Of a stretch of 47,448 nt of DNA, positions 1-8,326 are shown piece by piece; the first letter of the stretch is position 1, and the number at the start of each line of letters is the position of its first letter. The translations under genes were made by a program, and so were the position numbers. Under the pieces are notes generated by a model. It was given only the letters and a program-made list of their open reading frames with translations, was not told where the DNA came from and searched no databases. The DNA lies in assembly GCA_015661185.1 (NCBI GenBank), contig JACVXU010000001.1, positions 1-47,448 of the forward strand. Reading direction: 5' to 3'. Source of the DNA: Bacteroidota bacterium (GTDB taxonomy: Bacteria > Bacteroidota > Ignavibacteria > UBA10030).

Positions 1-56
1 CCAGAACGCGCAGCGGGCTGGCAAGTCACCAAGGAAAAGATTCGAATTCTTTCAGT

Positions 57-150
57 CTTTGTGGGGCTTTGCGTCTTCTGCGCCAGAGGCGCATGAGCCT
101 TTGGCTCAGTGTCTTGCCTGCCCCGAAGTTTCCTATTCGGGGGTGGCAGG
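57..150. repeat. Degenerate CTT(T/G)G(T/C)G-type periodic tract interrupted by two small hairpin inserts
   Basis: CTTTGTGGGG-CTTTGCGT-CTT|insert 78-107|AGTGT-CTTG|insert 117-142|GTGGC. The inserts contain the hairpins TGCGCC-AGA-GGCGCA, TGAGCC-TTT-GGCTCA and CCCCGAA-N8-TTCGGGG. Confidence 0.6.
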
Positions 151-167
151 ACTTGTCGGCCGCGTCT

Positions 168-614
168 CTAGTACTTCACTCCATGTTCCACGTAAAATTT
201 TAAAAGGGTCAGGGCTTGGGCCCAGCCTGTTACTCGGTTGAGAAAGTCCTGCATTCCCACAGGACTATCTTCGTAGCCGTACTCCATGAGTTTGACGACC
301 GTTCCCGAGGCAACCGGTGTGAAGTCGATTTCGACCGTGGTCAAATATGAACCGCTGTCGGCTTTCCACCGAAACACGAATCGCTCAGGCCGCCTCGCTT
401 CAAGAATGGGTCCGCCGTTTTCCCCCGTGTAGTTTTCCAGCCCATGGTCTTTCCAGCGGAAATGAATCGCTCCTCCGGCGTTGGAATCGACGCTCGCTCC
501 CTTTGTAAACCAACCATCGAGCCCTTCACCTGTGGCGATCGAATCATAGACACGTTCAGGCTGCGCTCGAACCAGGGTGCTGAATTCGACCTTTCTGTCC
601 ATTATGATTCCCAT
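168..614 (-). CDS. SRPBCC/AHSA1-like (START-fold) domain protein
   Basis: 148 aa with the pattern 'VRAQPERVYDSIATGEGLDGWF...GGAIHFRW...RPERFVFRW...TTVEIDF...GTVVKL...GWAQAL..LK.YVE'. The start may be 602. Confidence 0.85.
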   Translation of the reverse strand: MGIIMDRKVEFSTLVRAQPERVYDSIATGEGLDGWFTKGASVDSNAGGAIHFRWKDHGLENYTGENGGPILEARRPERFVFRWKADSGSYLTTVEIDFTPVASGTVVKLMEYGYEDSPVGMQDFLNRVTGWAQALTLLKFYVEHGVKY

Positions 615-861
615 GACTTCCTCGTTGTTTTGAAGTGGAGTTGGAGCCGCTTCTCTGAGTGAATGTAGTGCCGAAAACTATCGAGTGCAACTGCGCGTGC
701 GTCCTCACAGGATCGGCGGTGGTGTATCCGACAGGTTTCAACGATTTGGTTTTCAATGTCGGATATTGGCAAATCAGAACCTTTCAGTCCTTGCCAGTCA
801 TAGGTCTTGCGGGATGACTGCCATGTTCACATTCAATTTAACCAATCACCAGGACATGGAA

Positions 862-2232
862 CTACCAAGTTCTCCTAATCGGATGCGCTTCCGTATTGAA
901 GACAACTTTGTTGAACTCCAGAGTCTCCGGCGGAGCGAAAAGCAGGTAGAGATACTTCAGCGTCTCGGCAAGGAAGTAGCTCTCCATCCGATCTGTTTTT
1001 TCTTTTGTGATGACACTCTTCAGCTCGGCATATCCCGCTTCCGCACGACAGTGCTGCTTCAGACCGTCGAGAAAGGTCTTACCCATATGCAGGTACCGGG
1101 GGTCCTGCGTGAACTGGTAAAGGTAGTAGGCCGATTCCATGATCTCCGGGTTGAGGAAAAACCGTTCCCACTTCGGATCGCCCGGCACGTCCATTTTACG
1201 ATAATCAAACTGCTCCGGCTCAATACCATACTTGTTCCACATCTTCAGACACGACTCCTGAAGTCGGGCCGCGGTCTCCACATCTCCTGAGAGTGCGAGC
1301 ACGGCAGGGAAGAACGCATCAAGCGCGCCGAACCAGGTCCTCGTCCGCTTGCCGGTGTTCATATCGGCGTGGCCATACCAGAGTCCGCTGGGGGCTTCGT
1401 CTGCAACGTATTTGTCCAGAGCTGCTCTGCTCGAATCCCACATCCTCTTGAAGTCCTGATCGTCGAACAGGAGAGCGCACTTCACCATATATTCGTAGTA
1501 TGAATCAATGCACGCGCTCACGTGACTGTCGCTATCCAGCCATTTTCCCGTTTCCGCATCGATCCACGTGCCAACAAGTCCGATGGATGAGCGCCGATTG
1601 TACACCTGAAGCACTGCATTCTTTGCCACGTTGTAGTACACCGGCTTACCCGTCAACTTGCTCAGTGTGCCAAACTCCACCAGTAGCGTACCGATTTCTC
1701 CCGGATTCGTCCTCGAATTGCGCACCGCTCCCGTCTTGAGGTTCACATCGACATAGGGCATCCCTGTCGGTGAGTTGAAGACCGGCAGCAAACGCGTTCC
1801 GAGGTCATCCGCAAGCTTTAGCAGCCGCTCATCTCCCGTCAACTGGTAGCTGGAAAGCAGCCCGCCGAGCAGGCGTATCGTGATTTCGAAGTTCTTGACG
1901 TAGATGTCGCGATCAAAGGAGAGGTGTGTGGCAACGAATTCCCGCACGGAGTCTGCCTCTTCCTTCAGTCCCATGAGGATCATCGTGTCCAGCGCGTCAA
2001 CAAGCGACATGTAGAGCGGGGCGCTGTACCAATCGTAATACGTCTTCGAGAGAGGCTTGAGACCATCGTGACCCCACGCGTACTTCTTATAGGCGTTCCA
2101 GGAATGAAGGAACTCCTGCCTGACCTCGTCGGCCAGCCGGCCCTTTTCAGAACGGATGGTCTGGTCGGAAGTGCATGATGAGAGCACCGCGGCGAGCATC
2201 GTACCGGCAATAATCAGCGAAGTCAGTTTCAT
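862..2232 (-). CDS. Glycoside hydrolase family 47 (class I alpha-1,2-mannosidase), predicted lipoprotein
   Basis: GH47 motifs 'AWGHDGLKPLS', 'FEITIRLLGGLLS', 'DSYYEY', 'PEIMES', 'MESYFLAETLKYLYLLF', 'NTEAHP'. Start reset to ATG 2232 (MKLTSLIIAGTMLAAVLSSC, lipobox), preceded by a purine-rich SD-like tract. Confidence 0.92.
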   Translation of the reverse strand: MKLTSLIIAGTMLAAVLSSCTSDQTIRSEKGRLADEVRQEFLHSWNAYKKYAWGHDGLKPLSKTYYDWYSAPLYMSLVDALDTMILMGLKEEADSVREFVATHLSFDRDIYVKNFEITIRLLGGLLSSYQLTGDERLLKLADDLGTRLLPVFNSPTGMPYVDVNLKTGAVRNSRTNPGEIGTLLVEFGTLSKLTGKPVYYNVAKNAVLQVYNRRSSIGLVGTWIDAETGKWLDSDSHVSACIDSYYEYMVKCALLFDDQDFKRMWDSSRAALDKYVADEAPSGLWYGHADMNTGKRTRTWFGALDAFFPAVLALSGDVETAARLQESCLKMWNKYGIEPEQFDYRKMDVPGDPKWERFFLNPEIMESAYYLYQFTQDPRYLHMGKTFLDGLKQHCRAEAGYAELKSVITKEKTDRMESYFLAETLKYLYLLFAPPETLEFNKVVFNTEAHPIRRTW

Positions 2233-2260
2233 GGACGGCTCTTTCCCTTTGTGATTCGAA

Positions 2261-2485
2261 TTACTTGTGAAACCAATGGTTGACCAGGATGGGGATGATG
2301 AAGTAAGCAAAGCACATGCCCGAGAAAACGAGTCCCGCCAACGCTCCAAAGGACCAGAAGGCCATTTTGAGCTCACCTTCGGGTTTCTTGGCGTTTTTTA
2401 CCGCGAAGACAAGGCAAAGGACGGACACGATGAGGCCGATGGCGGAAAGTGTTCCAAAAACGATGAGCAGAATATTGTCGGGCAT
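2261..2485 (-). CDS. Small two-TM membrane protein (74 aa)
   Basis: Two hydrophobic segments separated by KNAKKPE. Its ATG overlaps the serpin stop codon (TGATG), which indicates translational coupling. Confidence 0.7.
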   Translation of the reverse strand: MPDNILLIVFGTLSAIGLIVSVLCLVFAVKNAKKPEGELKMAFWSFGALAGLVFSGMCFAYFIIPILVNHWFHK

Positions 2486-3720
2486 CAGAGTTTCGGTTCC
2501 ACAATCTTTCCCACGAACAAAATGGTTCCGGAGTGATTCTCGCGAATCACAAACACAAACGGTCGGTCGATGCGCATCACGAACGTATCGCCGATGCTGG
2601 TTCTTCCGACGCCCACGGACGTGACTGCTGCCGCTTCCGTTCCTTCTTCATCGACCTGAACAAATGTTTTGTGCTGAACGTCGCTGATGAAAAGCCCGCC
2701 CCGTTTGTCGATGTTCGTGAAGTCGGCTAGGTCCGGCGAGAAGGCGATCGACATCCCCATTGCCTTGAGCACGTCGTTCAGCTTCTTGCTGTACTCCAGT
2801 TTGAACTTCGGGAAATAGAGCTCAGCTTCTTTGGTCGTAAGTCCGCTTACGATGGAAATCCACTGCTCCTGGGTCAGCCTCCCCGCGAACTCGTCAATAT
2901 TCGTCCCGGCTTTCGGCAGGAGGATCGTCATGCTGAATCCGGCATCGCCGTACGCCAGATCCATCGCCTGAACCTGGTCGGTTGACGTGCAGCGCAGATC
3001 CCCTTTGAGATACATCATCTTGCACGTCGTCTTCGATCCGTTGGGAAGTGTAAACGAATCATCCCTGGTGTTCTTCGGATCGAAACTGTACGTCCAGGTC
3101 CCTTTGAAATAGATTGCATTGATCAGGTACATCACGATATCCCGCGGGATTGGATCGGGGACGATCTCCTTGATCTTTCCGTTTGTGCTTCGATCAACCC
3201 AACCGTTGATCGTCTTCGCTGCACCAGGATCACTGAAGTTGAGGCTGTTGATCTCTGCATTGAAGTGAAGACTGTTGACGTCCTTGAATGCCTGCTCGAC
3301 CAGAAGGTCAGGCCGGTACCAAATGGAATTCGCAATCTGAAACTTCACCTTTGGGTCGATGCTGGTGAGAAGAGCGATAAGCGACTTGTACGACGAATTG
3401 ATATCCGCCTGCGTCAATCCGGCAAACTCGAGAGTCCGGGCCATGGAATCCCGTGTGGCTGCATTGGCCCCGTTCAGCGTCATACCGAGGGCCATCGAAA
3501 CGCTGACAGGCGAAACGAATACATCCTTGCCGGCATCTTCTTTGTTGACTGCCGCGAGGAGCTTGAAACCGAACGTATTGTCGGCGGTAACGAGGGCCTG
3601 TTCGCCAGATGTGAGCGAACGCATCGGGATGCGCTGTTCACCCGATGGTGTGCCGAGGTCTTCGCATCCGAGTGTGCTGAGAAGTGCGAGAACGCCGAGT
3701 GTCAGAATACACGTCTTCAT
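2485..3720 (-). CDS. Serpin (serine protease inhibitor), predicted lipoprotein
   Basis: 'SPVSVSMALGM', 'LINAIYFKGTW', 'FPKFKLEY', hinge 'EEGTEAAAVT', 'DRPFVFVIRE..SGTILFVG'. Lipobox LSTLGC; SD AAAGGAGGT upstream. Confidence 0.95.
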   Translation of the reverse strand: MKTCILTLGVLALLSTLGCEDLGTPSGEQRIPMRSLTSGEQALVTADNTFGFKLLAAVNKEDAGKDVFVSPVSVSMALGMTLNGANAATRDSMARTLEFAGLTQADINSSYKSLIALLTSIDPKVKFQIANSIWYRPDLLVEQAFKDVNSLHFNAEINSLNFSDPGAAKTINGWVDRSTNGKIKEIVPDPIPRDIVMYLINAIYFKGTWTYSFDPKNTRDDSFTLPNGSKTTCKMMYLKGDLRCTSTDQVQAMDLAYGDAGFSMTILLPKAGTNIDEFAGRLTQEQWISIVSGLTTKEAELYFPKFKLEYSKKLNDVLKAMGMSIAFSPDLADFTNIDKRGGLFISDVQHKTFVQVDEEGTEAAAVTSVGVGRTSIGDTFVMRIDRPFVFVIRENHSGTILFVGKIVEPKL

Positions 3721-3819
3721 AATCAGACACCTCCTTTCATTCTACTAAATGCCTGAGATTCCCGACATCACGATCCTCTCGCGTTGGGAGATTCAAGGAA
3801 TCTGCCAGGACACGAAAAC

Positions 3820-3848
3820 AAAATAAGGAATCCTTATGGACTGTGCAA
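3820..3848 (-). promoter_or_regulatory. Putative sigma70-type promoter for the serpin operon
   Basis: Minus strand TTGCAC-N17-TATTTT, about 100 nt upstream of the serpin start. Confidence 0.45.
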
Positions 3849-3888
3849 GGAGGAGAAGATGAATGATAGGAGTGCAGCTGTGCGGGGA

Positions 3889-4737
3889 TCAGAATGAGAA
3901 CACGAGGCCTGCGGAAAGCGAGATGCTTCTCGTGAGGCCATCAACATTGACTTCGCGTTTCAGCAGAGGCGCGGCGGCGGCAAGCTGGATCATCGACGAC
4001 CCCTGAAGCGGTATGAATGCGCTGCCGAGAATGTTGACCTGGAACTGGTCACTTTTCGGAACATCATAGAAGGCATTTCCGGGAATGAGGGGATTCCGGA
4101 CGCTTGATTCCTTGAGTCGCTTGATTGCCAGTACCTCACCTGAGAATGAGTAGTCGTTCCACTCGGTAGTGTATCCTGCCCGAATGAGCAGATCGTCACC
4201 ACGCTTGAGTTGATCCGCTGCATTCTCACTTCTTCCACCTGCAATCTGATAGCCCAGGGATCCGGTCCAATGCGAAGTGCCGTACCTAAGCCCCAGCAAC
4301 ACGTCGTTTGTCCCAAGTCCGCTTTGATATCTTTGGGGGAGGTTGCTGCCGTTGACGGACGCAATCGCAAGCTTTCCTCCGAACTGGAGGCTGACCCGCC
4401 TGTCGCTATCTCCGGCCAGCTCCTGGTCCCACACAAGTGTCAGGTCGCCGAGGCCCGAAGTTGAGCCGAGAGGCCCGGATTGCCGTGACCATGGGATGGA
4501 TACCATCAGCCCCGAGGATTCGAAGACCGACAGGCTTACGCTGAGGTGCAGGGAATGGAAACTCAGATCATCGGACTTGGTGCTCTGGCCGTACGAGTAC
4601 GTCAGCCCCAGAGAGTGGTGCAGCGATGTGTGACCTTTCCCGATAGTGCAGACTCCAGCATCCGAACATTGCGCAAATGTGTTCGGCTGGAAGCACATGG
4701 AGAACACTATGACGGCTACTCCGATGAATCGCTTCAT
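3889..4737 (-). CDS. Putative outer-membrane beta-barrel protein with an N-terminal CSDAGVC motif
   Basis: Signal peptide; 'SGLGDLTL' and 'QSGLGTND' as in MetA-pathway-like barrels; amphipathic strands; C-terminal Phe. Confidence 0.7.
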   Translation of the reverse strand: MKRFIGVAVIVFSMCFQPNTFAQCSDAGVCTIGKGHTSLHHSLGLTYSYGQSTKSDDLSFHSLHLSVSLSVFESSGLMVSIPWSRQSGPLGSTSGLGDLTLVWDQELAGDSDRRVSLQFGGKLAIASVNGSNLPQRYQSGLGTNDVLLGLRYGTSHWTGSLGYQIAGGRSENAADQLKRGDDLLIRAGYTTEWNDYSFSGEVLAIKRLKESSVRNPLIPGNAFYDVPKSDQFQVNILGSAFIPLQGSSMIQLAAAAPLLKREVNVDGLTRSISLSAGLVFSF

Positions 4738-4811
4738 ACCCGGATTTCTCTCTGATGTTGTTCCGCCGATGGGGGGCGACGTTTGGTCAGCCCCGCTCCG
4801 CGAGATTCACG

Positions 4812-5213
4812 CTACTGTTTCGAATTCTTCAACGAGGCAACTTTGATGTTATCGCCGTCCATCATCCCCTTGACTTCGACGACGAGGTTGCTTTCTCGTT
4901 TCGTCTTGTTCAGATAGTTGACTGCAAGCTTATCACCCGATTCATCGAACTTATGGAACTTGCCATCCATGATGAGACCGTAACCGCTCGCCTTGCAGTT
5001 CTCTTCCAGTGCGCAGTCCTTCGTGTGCTTCTTTGCTTTCTCGGTTGCTTTCTTCACGTCTCCGCTCTTGGTGAAGCCGGTGGCGCACATCTTGTCGACC
5101 AAATATCCTTTGTACACCATGTCTTTCTTCTCCGTTTTTGCCTGGGCCATCACGGAGGCGGTGGCGAAGAAGAGGGCCAAAACGATTGTCGTGAGTCTGC
5201 TGAGCTTGTTCAT
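4812..5213 (-). CDS. Secreted basic hypothetical protein with a Cys/His motif
   Basis: Signal peptide (ending VMAQA); 'GYLVDKMC...HTKDCALEENCKASGYGL'; SD AAAGGA. Confidence 0.75.
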   Translation of the reverse strand: MNKLSRLTTIVLALFFATASVMAQAKTEKKDMVYKGYLVDKMCATGFTKSGDVKKATEKAKKHTKDCALEENCKASGYGLIMDGKFHKFDESGDKLAVNYLNKTKRESNLVVEVKGMMDGDNIKVASLKNSKQ

Positions 5214-5339
5214 GCTAAATCCTTTCGTTAATGGTTGTATTGACGGGCTGCAATGCTTTGCGTTACCTCAACAAGTGTTCAGATGATGGGGTTCCCGGTC
5301 CTCGTGTGGACCCGATGTGTGAGAGGGCGAGCTCACCTC

Positions 5340-7478
5340 TTAGCGAGAAAGAAGCCGCGCCACAACCGCCGGATCGGATGTTGGCAGCTGGCAGGCGTAG
5401 TTCTCGCAGACATATGCAGTTGGCCGGCCGTCGATTGTCTTCAGCGTACCGATGAATGGGATGAACCTGGTGAGAAACGTTTGTCCGTCCCCTGCATCCG
5501 CAAGCATCAAGATTTTGTTCGGTATAAAGTGAGAATGAATCTCTTTGAAAAGAACGCGGGTGTGTGCGTCGTTGACCCTGCCCGCGACAATGACTTGTGT
5601 CGGTTTTGAGAGGCTGAACTCGAGAGCGGCGAGAAACTGAGGCGTTGCCTGCCCGGCGGTGAGAAGTCGCTCACCAAAAAAGGAGAGTGATGTTCGCGCC
5701 ATCGTATCAAGGGACTGGTTGTTTGTGAACTGAGCGAGGCGAAGCAGGTTCAGGATTGCGATGGAGTTGCCGCTTGGTTCAGCTCCGTCGTACCATTCCT
5801 TCGTCCGGACAAGCAATGACTTGTCCCTTCCGGAAGTGTCAAAGAATCCTCCGCTCTCGTGATCGTAGAAGAGCCTCGTCTGGTCTTCCGCCAGCGACAA
5901 TGCTTCCGACAGCCAGTCAATGTTGAAGTTCGCCTCGTACAAATCGATGAGCGCCTGAATGAAAAAAGCATAGTCGTCGAGATGCGCTTCGAAGCGAGCT
6001 TCGCCGTCGCGATAACGATGGAGGAGCTCACGGCTCGATGCGTCCCGCAGATGCGACAGGATAAACGTTGCGGCTTTCTCTGCCGCATGCAAATACTCTT
6101 CCTCGCCAAGTACTTGATATGCGCGGGCGAAAGCCGAAATCATCAGGCCGTTCCACGAGGTAAGGATCTTGTCATCCAGATGGCACCGCGGTCGCCTGCT
6201 TCGCCCGGCGGCGAGCTTTTGTCGCGAAGAGGTCAACATTGCCTTCACGTGCTCATCTGATAGACCGGATTCAGTCGATGCATCGCCGATGGATTGGACG
6301 ATGTGCAGAATGTTTTGTCCTTGAAAGACTCCGTGTGGATCTTCTGCGACATTGCCCGATTCCTCTACGCCAAAGTAACGGTTGAAGAGAGCCGCTTCTT
6401 CAGGTGAGAGGACGCTGTCGATTTCGTGCTTCGTCCAGACATAGTAGGCCCCTTCTTCCTTTTCTCTGGGCTTCGCGGCATCTGGAGCGCTTTCTGCATC
6501 CTCAGCGGAGTAGAAGCCGCCCTGGGGATGAGTCAGATCCCGGAGCACGTATGCGAGGACATCTCTGGCGACGCCGGCGAATGAAGCATCTTGAGTAATT
6601 TGATATGCTTCGATGTAAGCGATCGCGAGCTGCGCCTGATCGTACAGCATTTTCTCGAAGTGGGGAACGTGCCACCGCTCGTCCGTTGCGTATCGATGGA
6701 AACCGCCTCCGACATGATCGTACATACCGCCGTTTGCCATGCGCCGCAGCGTCTCGAGCGACATCTCGAGCGCCTCGCGGGTCTTCGTCCTGGAGTAATA
6801 CCGAAGCAGAAAATTGAGCACAACCGGCCTCGGGAACTTCGGAGCTCCGCCGAAGCCGGCGTTCCGCGCATCGAAAGTTCGCTGGAAGTACTCGAACCCG
6901 AGGTCCAGCGCCCTGGCTCCGGCATCAACGCTTTGCGTGCCGGGATCGGAGAGCTGATTCAGGTATTCGCCAATGCGTTGCCCGGCATCGAGAACTTGCT
7001 TGCGGTCGGATGTCCATACCTCATGTACGCGTTCCAGGATTTGCGGGAAGCCCGGTCGACCATAGCGGTCGGCAGGGGGGATGTAGGTAGCTCCGAAAAA
7101 CGGTTTGAGATCGGGGGTCAAAAACATCGACATCGGCCAGCCGCCGCTGCCGCTCATCGCCTGCAGGGCAGACATGTAAATGCGGTCGATGTCGGGGCGT
7201 TCTTCGCGGTCAACCTTAATGCAGACCACGGTCCGATTCATGAGCGCGGCAATAGATTCGTCCTCGAAGACTTCTCGTTCCATGACGTGGCACCAGTAGC
7301 ACGTCGAGTAGCCGATCGAGAGGAAGATAGGTTTGTCTTCCCGGCGGGCTCTCTCGAATGCTTCCTCCCCCCACGGATACCAATCGACAGGATTATGGGC
7401 GTGTTGGAGAAGATAGGGGCTCTTCTCGTGGAGGAGACGGTTGGGTTTCTTGGTTTGTATGATCTTGGGGTCGTGCAT
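5340..7478 (-). CDS. YyaL/SSP411-like protein (thioredoxin domain plus (alpha/alpha)6 domain, DUF255)
   Basis: '[25 protein letters not shown]', '[10 protein letters not shown]', '[11 protein letters not shown]', 'GGWPMS', '[11 protein letters not shown]', '[13 protein letters not shown]'. Confidence 0.93.
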   Translation of the reverse strand: MHDPKIIQTKKPNRLLHEKSPYLLQHAHNPVDWYPWGEEAFERARREDKPIFLSIGYSTCYWCHVMEREVFEDESIAALMNRTVVCIKVDREERPDIDRIYMSALQAMSGSGGWPMSMFLTPDLKPFFGATYIPPADRYGRPGFPQILERVHEVWTSDRKQVLDAGQRIGEYLNQLSDPGTQSVDAGARALDLGFEYFQRTFDARNAGFGGAPKFPRPVVLNFLLRYYSRTKTREALEMSLETLRRMANGGMYDHVGGGFHRYATDERWHVPHFEKMLYDQAQLAIAYIEAYQITQDASFAGVARDVLAYVLRDLTHPQGGFYSAEDAESAPDAAKPREKEEGAYYVWTKHEIDSVLSPEEAALFNRYFGVEESGNVAEDPHGVFQGQNILHIVQSIGDASTESGLSDEHVKAMLTSSRQKLAAGRSRRPRCHLDDKILTSWNGLMISAFARAYQVLGEEEYLHAAEKAATFILSHLRDASSRELLHRYRDGEARFEAHLDDYAFFIQALIDLYEANFNIDWLSEALSLAEDQTRLFYDHESGGFFDTSGRDKSLLVRTKEWYDGAEPSGNSIAILNLLRLAQFTNNQSLDTMARTSLSFFGERLLTAGQATPQFLAALEFSLSKPTQVIVAGRVNDAHTRVLFKEIHSHFIPNKILMLADAGDGQTFLTRFIPFIGTLKTIDGRPTAYVCENYACQLPTSDPAVVARLLSR

Positions 7479-7572
7479 CGCAGAGAGTATTCTTAATCCT
7501 TACAACGCTTGTTCGCGGAGCAAAGTTGCAGGAAATTCGGAATCGCGAAGAAGTGTCGTGTCAACGTGTGAG

Positions 7573-8292
7573 TCAACTATGGCGAAGAGGGGGCGGCATA
7601 CCCACGACCCACATCCAGGGCCAAAGATCGGGTGCGTTGGCTAATCCATGCTTCAAAGCGTTACTGTAAATGTAATCGATGTGGTTGTCAAAATCTCTTT
7701 GATCTCGGATAAGGTGGTCCCGGAAGGATTTCTGCCAGCGGAAATGCGGGAAATCGATGGCCGCAGTCGTATTCGCGTCGAAGCTCTGACGGATCGATTC
7801 TAGGTGATCAAAGTGGTTCTTGTACGTATCGAAGGTGAGATGAGGATGCTTTTGTTTCGTGGCTTGAAAATTACGTTGTAGACGACGATTCGAATCGTCG
7901 TCTACAGAAACATCGGAATCGTCGTCCACAGATACATTCGAATCGTCCCCTTCGGATGGAAGGTGGAGGTTGCGCACGAAAGGGTGTCCCGAAATCAGAT
8001 CGTTGATATCACGAGTGACATTCCGTTTCAATGATTCTACGGCCGCAGAACAATTCGATTCACCGAGTGGTTGGAACAGAATATGAACATGCTCGGGCAT
8101 CACCGTGTAGCCAAGAAGCTCAAGTTCCTTCAGTTCGCAGGCAAACCAGAGGTCTTCGACAAACAACCGGGCGAAATGAGATGAAGTGAAGTAGGGGTAA
8201 CGCTCGTGGGTTATCGAGGTGACGAAGTACTCGGCCCCTTCAACATAGAATCGCTTCTGGTGTGGACGGTGATGAAGAGTTCTGAAGCGCAC
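7573..8292 (-). mobile_element. REP-associated tyrosine transposase (RAYT/TnpA-REP, Y1 HUH family)
   Basis: 'YFVTSIT', HUH motif 'VMPEHVHIL', 'RWQKSFRDHLIRD', catalytic helix 'DYIYSNALKHGL', 'WPW'. GTG start; contains an internal insertion. Confidence 0.85.
7877..7953. repeat. REP-like 30-bp perfect palindrome plus 24-bp degenerate tandem copies inside the RAYT gene
   Basis: TGTAGACGACGATTC|GAATCGTCGTCTACA at 7877-7906. The 24-bp units are at 7888-7911, 7912-7935 and (partial) 7936-7953. Confidence 0.9.
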
Positions 8293-8326
8293 GATGACAT
8301 CCCCGTGGGGGTGTGCTTGGTCCTCG

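Noticed and set aside
767-796. GGCAA...GAAA... on the minus strand, resembling a c-di-GMP-I riboswitch
   Set aside because: The following GACGCAAA segment and the second stem are absent.
813-824. 12-mer GATGACTGCCAT repeated at 11146-11157
   Set aside because: Exact 12-mer matches are expected many times by chance in 47 kb.
2233-2376. N-terminal extension of the GH47 ORF
   Set aside because: It overlaps the 74-aa membrane gene, and the lipoprotein signal begins at 2232.
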